64,000 nt of DNA. It comes from Prorocentrum cordatum (lineage: Eukaryota). Within the stretch, counting starts at the first letter, position 1. Every line of letters starts with the position of its first letter. A model generated the notes under the pieces. That model saw nothing but the letters and a program-made list of their open reading frames with translations, was not told where the DNA came from and searched no databases. Below are positions 22,440 through 34,641 of the stretch, piece by piece. The stretch is from contig CAUYUJ010000002.1 of the NCBI GenBank assembly GCA_963575745.1, positions 744,001 through 808,000 on the forward strand. Reading direction: 5' to 3'. The translations under genes were made by a program, and so were the position numbers.

Positions 22440-25400
22440 GGGAGGAAGAGATTTCCGGATTTTTGCCATCACGTAGTGATATAAGCATGCTAGCTCAGGC
22501 TTTGGGAAACAGGTCGCGAGAGATACGATCTAAATACTCGCGCCTGGCCTTGGTGATCGACTGTGGGCGGCACGGATTTCCTAGCCCTCTGAGCTGGGCC
22601 TGACCGAAAAATCCGCAAGCGCCGCAAAACCACAAACCAAGGTCTTTGTGAAAATGCATGGAGTGGGTGGGGTGCGTCCAACCTCCAGCCAAGTGTAAAC
22701 TCCGCCCAGGGGGGGACGAGCAAGTTTAGAGCTGACTTGGAGCAAAGGGAAGCACTCACTTTTTAACCATTCCTTCTCCGTGGCCAGGGTCGCTGAGCTA
22801 CGGCACACTGAACACGACCTGCCATTTTCGGTCAGGGTGTGGGCAGACGCGAAGCGTGCTATAGCCTTCGGATGCGGGGGGGCGAGACGGGCTTGCGAGG
22901 CCTTCGGGGTCCCCTCCAGCTCCTGTGAGGCGCATATGGACTCTAGGGCGATTCGGAGCAGCCGACGTCGAACTAAGCGGGCTTTACGCTCGGTCTCCAG
23001 GACGCGGAAACGTTCAGTCTCAGGGACTCTGGCCTGGGTGGCGGCCACTCCCGCGAGGACGTCCACGCATGCGCTGCCTTGGACGAGCCAAGACGGCCAT
23101 CCTTGGGCAACGACGTCTCCGCCCTCGAGGTGAGACGGCACTTGCAAAACTGACACAAAGTGAGGTGGTCTCGACTGCTTGCGCAACAGGGAACCTATAG
23201 CTCGCCAAATGTCAGCCTGCGGTCCTGCTGGAGTCTCGAACGCTCTGTCGTACCACCCTCGAGCAACTTCAGCACAATCTGTGACGTACACGAGCCAGCC
23301 TACTGATAACCTGATAGACCATTCGAAATTCAAAAGTTCCCCCCGAGGCACCGTCTGGGAGGGGCCTGGGAGGGGGCCTGTGATGTGAGGCCCTAGAAAG
23401 CACGGTGAGAAGGACTGGAAGGTTGCTACGGCCAGTCCTACTCTTCTGAGCCTGGGGTCGTGAGTGTCTTTGCCTCCAGAGGCGTCTCCGAAAAGGATGA
23501 CAGGGCTGTCTGCGCTCCCGCCCCCAAGACACCCAGGCCCGATGGAACCTCCAATCAGCGAGTTCCCGAGGAAGGCTTCAGAGGAGGGAGGGGGGGACAC
23601 GGCCGTCCAGGCGGCGGGGATGATGCCTCGCATCCAAAAAACGGGAAATGCGTCCTGCTCAGCTAGAGCTTCTGGAGCCAGCTCACTTGACAGGGCAAAC
23701 GCGGGCGAGTCTTTATTGTTGCTGCAAGTCCAGCACCTGTGCGCTGGAGTGTCGGCAGCCTCCTGGCAACGTAGGCAGAGGTCACTGTCGGCGAGCGTCT
23801 CGGCGAACTTCCTCTGCTGCGTCCAGAACCCTCCAGTGGCGACCGTGACCATGAGCTCGGAGAGCTGCCGCCCCCGATGAGCTTGCTGCAGCGCTGAGAT
23901 GTACTGCCTGTAGCTCAGGAGGTCGGCGCCGTACTGCCCTGCACCGCAGTATTGTTGAGCCGCCTCGCTCCATAGTTGAGCACTGAGGGTGGCCTCGAAC
24001 TCATCCAGCAACGGCTGCGCCTGATCCAGTCCGTCCGACGAACGCCTCATCGTGGAAGTGCCACGTGCGAGTGCCCCTTTCCTGCCATTCGGCACTTGCC
24101 ACGCTGTAGCTGAGCCCGCTGACCATCCCGCCTGCATCAAGTAGAGCATGACCGACGACACCGGGCCCCTCACGTGCCTGCTCCGTTGCCCTTCGGGGAT
24201 GTCCCTGAGGGTCTGGTACACCTGGGCCAAACTTTGATGATGGAACGCCGAATGTCCGATCTTCCGAGCCACGCCTCGAACCACTGCTGCAAACATAACC
24301 TCGGGAGGGCTGTCCCAGGGTCGGCTCCAGGGAGCCGCAAGGCTAGGAGGGTGGTTAAGCACCTCCCGCGCTTGCTGGAACCTGCCGCTGCCCCCTGGCG
24401 TCGACGGTGCGTGAGCATTACGCTGCCGAAACACCCGTGGATCTGATGTCCGTAGGCTGCCGCGGCCTGCGGGCCAGCACGCTGGATCTGGGCGGTGGCC
24501 CCCCAGCGCCGCGCGGCGCGAGCGAATCGGCGAAGGCGGCCGTGGGCGCTGCCTGCCTTGACCACTCGCTTCCGCGCGGTGTCCCTGGCCATCCTGCGCC
24601 CACTGCCGACGTCGACGCCGAGGTGCGGGGCCTGCGCGACAGCCTTCACCTCCACGCCCTTGAATTTGAGCTGCTTGGTGATGTACACCGCGTCTGCATG
24701 ACGAGCACAAGTGATCGCGCTCTTGGAGGCGATCTTCAACTTGAGCTTCTGAAACTCACGCACGGTGCTGAGCACTGCCTTGGCGAGCTCGCTCCGCGCG
24801 TGCTGCCTGGACCCCACGACGCGCTCCGACAGGTCGCCCACCCAGATGCGCCCTGACATCGTCGGGTGCGCGACCGAGAGTTTCTTGCACACGAACGCCG
24901 TGAGGCACTTGGCAAACCCGGCGCCGTTCCTCGACCCCTGGATCACGGACCTGGACGCCTGGGGCGGTAAAGACGCCGCATCTAGCTGCGCCAGCAGCCG
25001 CGGTGCTAAGAACATCTGCACTTCTGAGAACAACACCGTGGGCGGAAAGCCCTTCTTGAGGGCGCAGGATGCTAGCGCTGCCATCTCGATCCCGTCGTAG
25101 AAGGCCTCGACGTCCAGCAAGGCCTGCCCGCGGGGCATGTGCATCGCCGACTGCACCTCGTCCTCGAGCGCCCCGACGAACGCCTCCCTCAGGGCGCTGT
25201 TGCCAGCGATGGCGGCGTCCCAGTAGTCGTCCTGGTCGGTGACCCAGTCGCGGACGAGGCCCTCCCTGGCCATCGACCATACACGACAGAACATGGGCAG
25301 GGGCCCTATGCACCTGTCGCCGCCCGACTTCTTGCCGAGCAGGCGGCCCAGCACGCACATGACCTGCCACGGCCACGTCAAGCCTTCCTCGACCACGCGG

Positions 25401-28400
25401 TAGAGGTCGCAGAGCTCGCGGAGGCCCTCGTCGGGCAGGCGCGCGAAATCCGTGGGCGATAGTATGTCCACGCCCATGCCCGCTCTCGCCTTCATCCTGG
25501 CGAGAGCCTGCTTGATGTCCAGCACGGTGAGCGGCTCCAGCTGCTCGACCTGGGCGCGCTGGCGGATGAGCTCGCACGCCTGGGGGATGTCCTCGTAGGA
25601 GGCGCGCTGGACTGCCACAGCGAGTGCCAGCGCTGCACCTTCCTGTCGATGATGTCCACGGGGTGGATGAGACTGCACCCGTCCACGTGGAGTTCGTCCT
25701 TCTCTGGCAAGGGGTCTTTGATCGACCGATGAACTGCTCCCGCAGAGTCGGAGATCCAATCCTGAAAACTCCTCAACGAACCTGAAGCTGCCCTGTTCTG
25801 AGCACGCCGCGCTGAGCGGAAGGTGACTTCCTCCAGCGCCTCGAGGTCCTCGATGGACAGCTCGGAAAGGCTCCTGAGCCCGCGCAGCACTCCCCTCCAC
25901 GACCAGGAAGATCCCCCTGCGAGAGTAGCCACTGCGCCGCCCCCAGGCTGATCTGCCAGCCTCTGCGCCGTGGCGCTGAGAGATTGTAGCTGTAGGGCAC
26001 CGTTTCGCCGCCGACGATGCCTCAACGCTTGTTTCACGATGGTGTGGACTCTCGCCCACCAGGCCGCTACTCCGTCGCGTAGCGGTTGCTGTCGTATGTG
26101 TAGCGCCTGCTTCATTGGAACCACTGCGACGCCGATCCCTGTCCCTCGCGAGCGACAGGGAGGCGCGAGCCCGTGGTGCTCGGATATGGCCGACCCCGCG
26201 ATGCTGATCCAACGGGTGAAGCAGTTGCTGACTGGTAGAATGTGTTGGCGGCCTGCGGCGAAAGCAATGGAGTCTTGCACTGGCCGCCAGACGTCTGAAA
26301 GCGACTGTGAGCGCCAAACGGCTTGAGCCGAGTGCGACGCCCACAGAGAGGAAGGGAGAGCGAAATTGGGCAGGACAGCATCGGCAGCAGCAGCGGAGCA
26401 GGTGAGATTATCCTGACCCCCAGCCGTGCTGGGCCCCCCCTCCCCTGGCGGCTCGGCTGAAGTGGACTGCTGATCCCCCGGCCCAACTCCAGCGTCACCC
26501 ACTCTCGAAGCGGGCCCCATGACCGAGCTGCTTTTGCTTGATTCGGGGCTCCCAAGACTGGTACTGTTGGTGCCAGCAAGAACGCCTACTGGGTGAAAGC
26601 ACGACTCCGAAGCCCAGGGGTCTTCATCTTCCCACTCTTCAAACCCCCCTGGGCCACGATCCCTCGCGGGGCAGCCCCCTGCGGGAACACTAGCCTCGGG
26701 GCCAGGAGACTCGGAGATTTCGGACCCCTGGGAAACGAAAATCTCGGAGCCCTCGGATTTGCCCCTGGAGAGCAAATCAGAAAAAAAGCTTCTCGCACTC
26801 GCTACGTAAACGCTCCTGTGCCAGCTGCGCCCGCTCCTTTTGAAGGGCGCGGGCTCTGCTGGCCTTAGATCCCTCTGCGTGGCAAATCGATGGCCTGGGG
26901 ACCTGAGGCAGACGGGGGGCGGAGATGAGGGAACGTGTGAGGAGCTGCTCGCCCGCACCGTGCAGCCTAAGCTCGAGCGCACCGCGCGGGCCCCATGGAA
27001 CGTCTGTTCTGGCGGACAAACTGTGAATGTAGGGGAGCCCGCTCTCGGACGCCATCAAGAAATCGGCATGCGAGCTACCCGCACTCCCGACGCACGTGTA
27101 TTCGATATCGGCCTGACGGATGTGTCCGCGTACCCTTTTCACAAAAGCAGAGCGCCTAAACGCCGAGACATCCAGATTGAAGCCTCCCAGCACGATCCAA
27201 GGGAGCTGCACTGGCTGAAAAAGCGCGCCCAGTCGTGCATACCTCTTGCGCATTGGCGCCCGTGAAACCGAGCGACGGGTGCGCGTAAAAAAAAAAAGAT
27301 AATTAGGATACTGTAGCCTTGCATGTGGGCCATTGCGGGGAGGAACCCGTCGAAAGAACTGGACCCATCGGCACAGAACGCGGCGGCCTCAGACGTCTTG
27401 CCGTACAGCCTATGAACGTTGCGATGACCTGGCGTGAGAAGGACCTCCCCACCTTCGTTCGCCTTGGCCGCCCCTGCTGCTGACGTGCCCCGTCCAGTGC
27501 TGCGAGCTGCATTGTCCAAGTACTTCCACCTCATCGATCGAGACTTCCTCGCCCACTGCGCACTGGAGTGGCACCCCGCGTGAGTCCCAACCATCCCAAC
27601 GAGATCGCACTTGTCTAAGAACTCTTTGCACCCGATGTGGCCCCAAGACATGGGCCCGAGACGCGTGGCATTGCTGAAGAACATGGTGATGACGCCGTCG
27701 GCGTCGCACTCTTGCATCGTGAGGTAGTGCACCTGCGGTCGCATCCTGAGCTCCGCTCGGTGCCGACGGCCGACTCCCCGATGAGGCCGAGGGCGCCGTC
27801 GAACCCCCGGCGGGAGCTGAAGCTCATGCCGAGGGCGCCGCCGCCGACGCCGCGGGCGCCTGCTCCTGCATGCGCGCCGCGGCCTCCTCGGCGGCCTCCC
27901 TCGCCTGCTTGATGCGCTGCATCTCGGCCTGGACTGCCTCCTCGGACGGTCCCGCCGCGCTCGCCTCCGCCGTCGGCGTGGCGGCCGAAGCCGCGGCGCC
28001 CGCTGGGGAGCCCCCTGCGGCTGCCGAGGCGGCGGCTGGCGTCTGGCCGTTGCCGCCCTGCGTGGCCTCCGTCTTGCGCTTCTTCTGGATGCGCTCGTGG
28101 ATGGCCTGCTTCATATCGCTGACCTTCGCCTTCCAGGAGGCGATGTCGGCCGACTTCGTCGCCAGGTCCGTCATGGTGGCGATGAGGTCAGCCTCGAACT
28201 TCCTGAGGGCGTCCTTCTCTGCCTGCTCGCACTCGACGTTGTCAAGGCTGGCGAAGAACTCCGTGTCCCACGCGAGGTCCACGAACTCCGCCTTGGCGGG
28301 GCCCCCGCCGTTGGCGCTGCCGCTGTCGCTCGTGTTGATGCCGAGCTCCTTCGCCAGCGCCGTGGCCGCTGCCCTCTTGCCGATCTCCGCGGCCGCGAGC

Positions 28401-28980
28401 GCCCGCAGGTTCTCGGCCTCCTTGGCGAGGGCGCAGTCCAAGTTCTCGCGGCACCTCTTCACGCGTGCGGCGGACTGCTCGTGCTTAAGCGATGCATCTC
28501 GCCAGGCGCCCTCTGCCCTCTTCACGGCCTCTGCTGGCCGCTCGAGTGGCGGGGCTGCCGTCGACTTGGCCGACTGCTCCGCCAGGCGCGCTTGCTCTTG
28601 CAGTTCCCTCTTCTTCACGGCGTCCTGCTCGATCTTGCTAGCCTGTGCCAGCAGACTGGAGACTGTGAGGTTGCCCTTCATCGCCCCTTGGAGGCTGGGC
28701 TGCTGGTCTTCCGTCTGCTGGCCCTTGAACTTGCGTGCCTTGTGCAGCTTCACGGGCGCATTGCACTTGCGGCACTTCAGCTCTGCTTTGATAAGCACAT
28801 CATTGTTTTCGCTCGTGCTGCAGCGCTTGCACGTAGACCAAACACGTGACATGGCTGCTGCTGGTCGAACCTCTCTTCGCCAGCGGGACTGTTCACAAAA
28901 CTGGAAAAGTGAGAAACCCGCTGCCCCTCAAGCACTGCGCGGAAGTGAGAGGCCTCGGCACGGTGCAAAATGCCCTCGTG
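22440..28980 (-). mobile_element. Near full-length decayed non-LTR retrotransposon (ORF1 + APE-RT-RNase H ORF2), LINE copy 2
   Basis: APE FFSNAT..DLVGMVGTH, PWIVLGGFN; RT GMGVD, LGKKSGGDRCIG, LDVEAFYD, VIQGS, IWVGDL, LGVD; CLRC..HRCWTC knuckle; RNase H FGDASGG, GPLPGPSQTVPRGEL, YVTDC, VPSH; terminal H..H..WFCGACG, stop at 22495. ORF2 is frameshifted; ends approximate. Confidence 0.9.
27824..28852 (-). CDS. LINE ORF1-like protein (N-terminal CxxC...CxxC, coiled coil)
   Basis: Open 342-aa ORF MSRVWSTCKRC...CRKC with Ala/Glu/Lys heptads, directly upstream of the APE domain; its stop overlaps the ORF2 ATG (ATGA). Confidence 0.75.
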   Translation of the reverse strand: MSRVWSTCKRCSTSENNDVLIKAELKCRKCNAPVKLHKARKFKGQQTEDQQPSLQGAMKGNLTVSSLLAQASKIEQDAVKKRELQEQARLAEQSAKSTAAPPLERPAEAVKRAEGAWRDASLKHEQSAARVKRCRENLDCALAKEAENLRALAAAEIGKRAAATALAKELGINTSDSGSANGGGPAKAEFVDLAWDTEFFASLDNVECEQAEKDALRKFEADLIATMTDLATKSADIASWKAKVSDMKQAIHERIQKKRKTEATQGGNGQTPAAASAAAGGSPAGAAASAATPTAEASAAGPSEEAVQAEMQRIKQAREAAEEAAARMQEQAPAASAAAPSA

Positions 28981-28984
28981 CCGA

Positions 28985-29252
28985 AGAGGAGGGGGGAGCA
29001 GGAGGGGGGGAGAAGGAAAAGAAAGAGGAGGACGACGACGACGACGATGACGGCGAGCAAGAGGAACAGCAGGAAACGCGGAAGGAGGACGACGACAAGG
29101 CCCGCGAGGACAAGCACGAAGAGGAGGAGGAGGGGGAGGAGCAGGACGACGAGGAGAAGGAGGATGGCGACGAGGAGGAGGAGGGGGAGGGGGAGGAGGA
29201 GGAGGGGGAGGAGGAGGACGGCTGGGAGGAGGAGGAGAAGGAGGAGGAGGAG
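28985..29252. repeat. (GAG/GAC)n degenerate microsatellite
   Basis: Direct inspection. Confidence 0.85.
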
Positions 29253-29255
29253 CAG

Positions 29256-29277
29256 TCCGTAGCAATTGTGGCTCAAG
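29256..29277 (+). other. Genomic spliced-leader relic
   Basis: TCCGTAGCAATTGTGGCTCAAG matches the dinoflagellate SL at 20/22 positions, ungapped. Confidence 0.85.
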
Positions 29278-30500
29278 CCGCCTGCCCGAGCCGCTTTCCG
29301 CCGTGCAGGGCGGCATTCTGGCGACTCTCGGGCGGCTGCCACGCGCGCAGCCCGTCCTCCGCGGGCAGCCGCGGCATCCCCATGACTGTATTCTCACCAT
29401 GAGCCAACATTCTCTCCTCGACGATATGTGTTGGCGCCCCTGCGACGGCATACATAATGGGAACGAGTTCGAAGCTAGCCCATCCAAAAGGCGCAGAATT
29501 CGAGTCCGAAGGGTTCACATCTTACGCTCGCAGGGTGCCATTCAAGCTATCAAAGAGTACTTGCGCAGCGGTGGACACGCATGTATTCGCAGCAAGATGC
29601 ACAGCAACGTTCAGTACAACCATCCACAGGATGCACACACTCAAATAGTTTAATTACCCCGCCAAGCATGCCAAGCGCCAGCCAGTGTCCGCCGCCACCA
29701 CAGGGCCACCAAGATTTCAGGCAGATGCGAATCAAGTGGGGGTTCCTTACAAATTTGACCACCACGCCAAGAATCAGTCCAGAGTGTGTTGTTTTTGTAT
29801 CTTTGCGTTTTCACATCCTCAGACGCAGTTGCTTACAGCAGAGACAGCCGGGACACTCGCATTCCAAGGTCAAAAACATTGCTACATACGCCAGTTCCAG
29901 TAGAGCAGAGGAGGAGGTTCCAAGGGAAGGCGGAGGCCCCGAGACGCTGTTTTCAACATCCTCGGAAACCCACGCAGCAGACGATTTTTGCGAAGTTGAT
30001 TGCGCAAATCCGGTGAAACTTTGCCCATCCATTGCTGCAGCGGCAAAGAAAGGTGGAGGCCCCGAGGCGCTGTCCACGACAAATTCGAAAACCCACAGCC
30101 AGGCTGAAGCTCATAGTCCTGACACACGAGAGCCAGGAGAGAACATTCATCTTAACACATATTTATGAGTTCCACCTATTTGCGTTGTTGTGAAATTTCT
30201 CGCGTCCCCACAGCCAGCTTACTACCACTTGCTCGACGCGTACGGCGAGATGTGAGATCAATTCGACGACATCGTTTACATGTTGCATACTTGGCACCGC
30301 CTGGCCACTGGCACGACCCAAGACGAAATGGATGAACGTATACAAGTATTTCGAATCTAGTGCGAAGCGAAGGTGGACACGCAGAGCATCAGTCTTGCCA
30401 GTGGCTCAATCTCGGAAATGGAATTTGTCAAAGCGGCGTACACGTTGCATTTTACATTCGGCGCTTCAAAGTTGGTGCGAACCATTGTATCTGCGCGCGC
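29278..30500 (+). pseudogene. Probable decayed retrocopy downstream of the SL relic
   Basis: SL, then UTR-like sequence, ATG at 29399 and interrupted coding-like stretches (QPAYYHLLDAYGEM*DQFDDIVYMLHTWHR...). Product not recognised; 3' end approximate. Confidence 0.4.
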
Positions 30501-33500
30501 GATAGTAACAGACGTTTCTGTGTCCTGGTTTGGGCGGGAGTGACGGGCGGCGAATGTAGCGGGGCGCTCTGTCGCGAGGCCGGCGCCGCCGGAAGGCATC
30601 GGCCCTGCATTGTTTCGGCTTGGCCGAGCGACTGGAGAAGTTGGGAAGTGGGCCGGATGGTGGAGGGAGAGCAGACGCCATTCATTGCAAGCGCTCGGTT
30701 GCTTCCTCTGCGACCAGTCGTGGGCCGGGCACGTGGATCACGTGGCGCATGTCCCCGTGCAGCAACGCCTGAGACGAACGGCGGCGAGGCTAGCCCCGTT
30801 TCTCGGTCCGCGCCCATATTCCCTGCCGCGGAAGGTGGGCCCTTGAAGCACGTGGCCAGTGGGGCAAGCCATTAACTTCGAGAGACCTTAATTGGCTTGC
30901 GTGTATGAGAGGCCGCTTCTTCCTGCCATCATTCGTGATGTGCGAGTCCTAGTAATGGGGAAGGCATGGAAGAGGTGAGGCTAAGTGGCGCGGGGGTGGA
31001 GGTTTATCTTGTCGTTGCGACCGTGGTATAATACTGCCTCGCCCTAGGTGGGGCACTGTGTCCTCGCCCGAGCGCGTCGACCGTTGCGAGCGCGCTGACC
31101 GCCACGGCCCTCGCCCAGGCAGATGGGCCGAGGAGGGATCTTTCACACTGGTCATTTCCGGCGTGATGATGTTGAGCATGCGGGGGGCCGGAGGTGATGA
31201 GTGGTGGGTATGGGGAGGAGGTTGAAGCCATGCGAAGCATGTAACCTCGCGCGTGCACGCGCGACCAGGCAGCCAGGGAACGGCATCGGCTGCAATACTT
31301 GTTTTGGGGGCGCTTCTGTGGATGTTACGAGGGGGATGTCCTTGAGACAGCCTTAAGACTGGCGTTTGTTTCAAGACCGGTTTTTCATTCGTTCGTCTCT
31401 TAGGGAGGCAGCGCTTTGGATTCAGTTGCCACGCGAAGTTGTATTTTCCTGCGTGTGGTGGATACTGAGCAGCCATGGGGCGACATCGTTTGCGCGTTTC
31501 GGTAGTGGTGGTAACTTTCTGTTCGGATTGTTGGAGGTGGAGGTTGTTGAATCATCGTGACTAGGTCGTTTCTGCATTGTGTTGCTCGAAGTTTCCTCGG
31601 TAAGGGCAGCGTGTGCTCTCTGGCCATTTTTATCACGGCCTTTTGGAGTTTTTACGCCACCTGGGCGGGCATGGGTACATTGGCCCAGTCCTACCGCAGA
31701 CACTGGCAGGAGGAGGCGGAGGAGGAGGAGGAGGAGGAGGATGGGGAGGTGGTGGAGCGGAGGAGTTTCTCTCACTGGCGCCGCATGGACGCCGCAGCCA
31801 GCAGCCGCAATAGTACCACTAGCGACGAACCACATCCGCCAGCCACTCTGGGCATCTTACATTAGCCCTCGCAGCGCTGTCCTCGGTCAGGGCCTGGGAC
31901 TGGGTTGTAGAGGTGGCGAAGACAACGGTGGGAGGAGCGCTGCCAACAGATTTATACAAAATCCCTCGGCGAGGTTTGTTGCGTTCAGCAATTGTCGTAC
32001 TGTCCCTCGGTGAGGGCCTTGGCCTGGGAAGGGTTTGGGGTAGATGAGTAGGAGGGGGTGAGATGGAGAGGGACTTCACCGCCTGGCTAGCACATACTGT
32101 GTGCCCTTGCCGGCACGTTGTCTTTCTCCATTTCTTCACGTCTCTCGTTTTGCCGCTGCGCCAGCCAGGCGTAATTTCATCGTCGCATCGCTTAGTCGGC
32201 CGATTTTCCCCACTGCCCACATTGAGCAACAGGCTCTGTCCGAAGGTTTGCCCCGCGTCAAAAAGGAGGGGAGCATTGTTTCCGACGGTCCCAGGGCCCG
32301 GCGACAATTCCTCAGTTTTGTCCTCGAGTTCGTCGTCGTCGCCGTCGTCCTCGTCCCCGTCCTTCGACGTCGTCGTCGACGTCGTCGTCGTCGTTGTCGT
32401 CGTCGTCATCCCGCCCCTGGCGTCGCCGCAGCCAGGGGGCCGGGACCGAAAGCGTTGCTGCGTCAAGGTTGGTTGCGGCAGAAAGTAAAGCGAACGGGGA
32501 GGGAACATCAGCAGCCACATCAGCTCTTGTGCCCAAAGCACAGTCAGGCGTTGGGACATAATATCTGTGCGCCTCGGGCGGCTTAGAACAAAAGCGAATG
32601 ACGAGGAAGAAGATGAGGAGGGGAGACGGAGAAGGAACAGGATGAGGAGGAGTAGGAGGAGGAAGGCCGTTACATGTGACACCTTGCCATTCCCAGGAGG
32701 AGCAGGAGGAGGAGGAGGGGGAGACCGAGGAGGGAAACGGGGAGGGAGAGGAGGAGGAGGAGGCAATTCTCGTTTCTAGCCTTGGGCCTTGGGTGAGACG
32801 TACTGCGTGCCGCTGTTCTGTGTCGTGTCGGAGCGTATCTCCTCGTCTTCGTCGTCTTCTTCCCGTCATGTTTTTATTGCCGTCCCTCTCAGGGCATTCC
32901 AGGGACCTCCTAAGTATGTCGCCTGTCGCTCTTGGACCGTCTGACGCTTGTGGAGTTCGTCATGGGACCTGTTCGCCCGTTTTGGTTCTCCAGGGTTTTG
33001 AAGCCAGGCTGACGGAAGTCCGAAAAATCGAGAGCGCAAATTCATGATGGTTGACATTCGTTTTCGCACCCTCACGGGGGTCCTATAGGGGCCCCGTTCG
33101 GCCGTATTGGGAGTTGTTGGCCGCTTGAGGTGTCTTGAGGCCATTTGGGGCCCTCTTGGGGCCGTGTTTGAAGAAGCATCGGGGGCCATCTTGGCGGCCT
33201 TGGTGGCCATTTGGGGTCTCCTGAAGGCCCGTTACAGCTCCAGGGATCCCTTGGGGTGCACAGAAACCCTCGGGATGACGCGGCACTTTGCCGTGAGAGC
33301 GGGCGGGACGGGTCTTTTGCAAGACCACCCATCGCTCGCTGACAAAAACGTAGTGCCGGATTTTTCAGGTTCTAATGGAGGCGCCTTTCTTCTGCAAGAA
33401 TCGAATGTGCTTCCCTCCCCAATCCTTTGTCAGGGGGTGTTGGTGGGAAACCTGAAATACTGTCAACGCCTTCCTACTCAATATTTCTACCCACTTCTTC

Positions 33501-33527
33501 CGAACGATGGGTGCAAACCCCTGCCAG

Positions 33528-33710
33528 GCATCACTTGCCACTCTGCCACGCAACAAGTTGCCAGGGGGCACGTTGGCGGATAACGACAAATCGGTGCTCG
33601 AGAACATGCACGCTAGCGTCTTCTTCGAGTTGGGGCAGGCTCCTGCCCGCGCGTGGATGGAGGTCTTCCCCCAGAAGCACTACGAGAAGTTCCGCGCGAA
33701 GGTCATCGAG
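33528..33710 (+). CDS. PDE exon (...NDKSVLENMHAS...KVIE)
   Basis: NDKSVLENMH matches the PDE YND.SVLENHH motif; GC donor GAG|GCAGCG; acceptor CCAG|G at 33527 is in phase but tentative. Confidence 0.85.
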
Positions 33711-33863
33711 GCAGCGCCGTCGTCGCCGCCGCTTGGCCCTTCAAGAGGGCCCCCGGCCTTCTTCGGCCCCTCCCCCGCTCTCCTCTGAGAGTGCGCGCCG
33801 ACGATCGCCGTCGCCGCGGCCGTCGTCATGCTACTGCCGCTGCTCGGCGCGGCCACTCGTGAG

Positions 33864-33958
33864 GCGATACTGGCCACGGACATGGCCCACCACTTCGAGC
33901 TGGTCGACCGGTTCAGCACCCGCGTCTCCGAGAGAGCGGAGAACCCGTTCTTCACCAG
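33864..33958 (+). CDS. PDE exon (AILATDMAHHF...FFTR)
   Basis: Splicing gives VIE|AILATDM (PDE ILATD motif); GAG|G acceptor; AG|GT donor, phase 2. Confidence 0.92.
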
Positions 33959-34481
33959 GTGCCCCAGGACCCACCCAGGGGACCCGGTGGGGAGCCTCGC
34001 CACGCTCCCCCGGAGGCCCCTGGAGCCTCTTGGACCGTTTCGCACCCCCCCACCCCCCCCCGCACGCGCAGTTATAAGCTCCCTAGAGCTCCATGGAAGC
34101 CCGTGGACGCCCCCGATCCCGTACGTAGGACCCGCCAAAGGACCCCGGAGATTCCTAGAACCTCCTTCTCATGACTACATCGTTGCTCACGTCCCTATTC
34201 CCCCTCGTCCTCCCTCCTCCCTCCTTGATCCCCCTCCTCCTTGCCCCCTCTCCTCCTCCCTCCTCCTCATCCCTCCTCCCCCACAAAGTTGGGAGGATTT
34301 GTCCTTCAGGGGTCCCTCTTGGGAGTCGTCTTAGAGCCCTCTGGTGGCGTATTGGGGGCCTCTTGGGCGGGCTCGAGGCCATCTTGGAGCGTTGTGGGGC
34401 CGTCTGAGGCCACTCGGAGACCATCTTTGGCCGTCTTGGGGCGTCATAAGACCATGAGGCCGTCCAAGATCACTTCTAGAG

Positions 34482-34641
34482 TTAAGTCGGGCCTGTCCCT
34501 CTACAGGAGGAATATTCAAAAATAGCAAAAAATAGTCTGGGGACGATCCTTTGACTATTGTTCAGTATTCTTTCATTTTGTTTAGAACTATTTGTTATTT
34601 GCCGTTCAAAATCCTCCTGTGGGAGGAAATGCCCGACCTAA
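34482..34641. mobile_element. MITE family A (8-bp TSD, hAT-like), copy 1
   Basis: Ends TTAAGTCGGGC / GCCCGACCTAA; perfect TSD TTCTAGAG at 34474-34481 and 34642-34649; AT-rich interior. Confidence 0.85.

Noticed and set aside
28960..28980. SL-like GGGCATTTTGCAC at the 5' end of LINE 2 (minus strand)
   Set aside because: Only the CATTTTG core matches; too weak to call.
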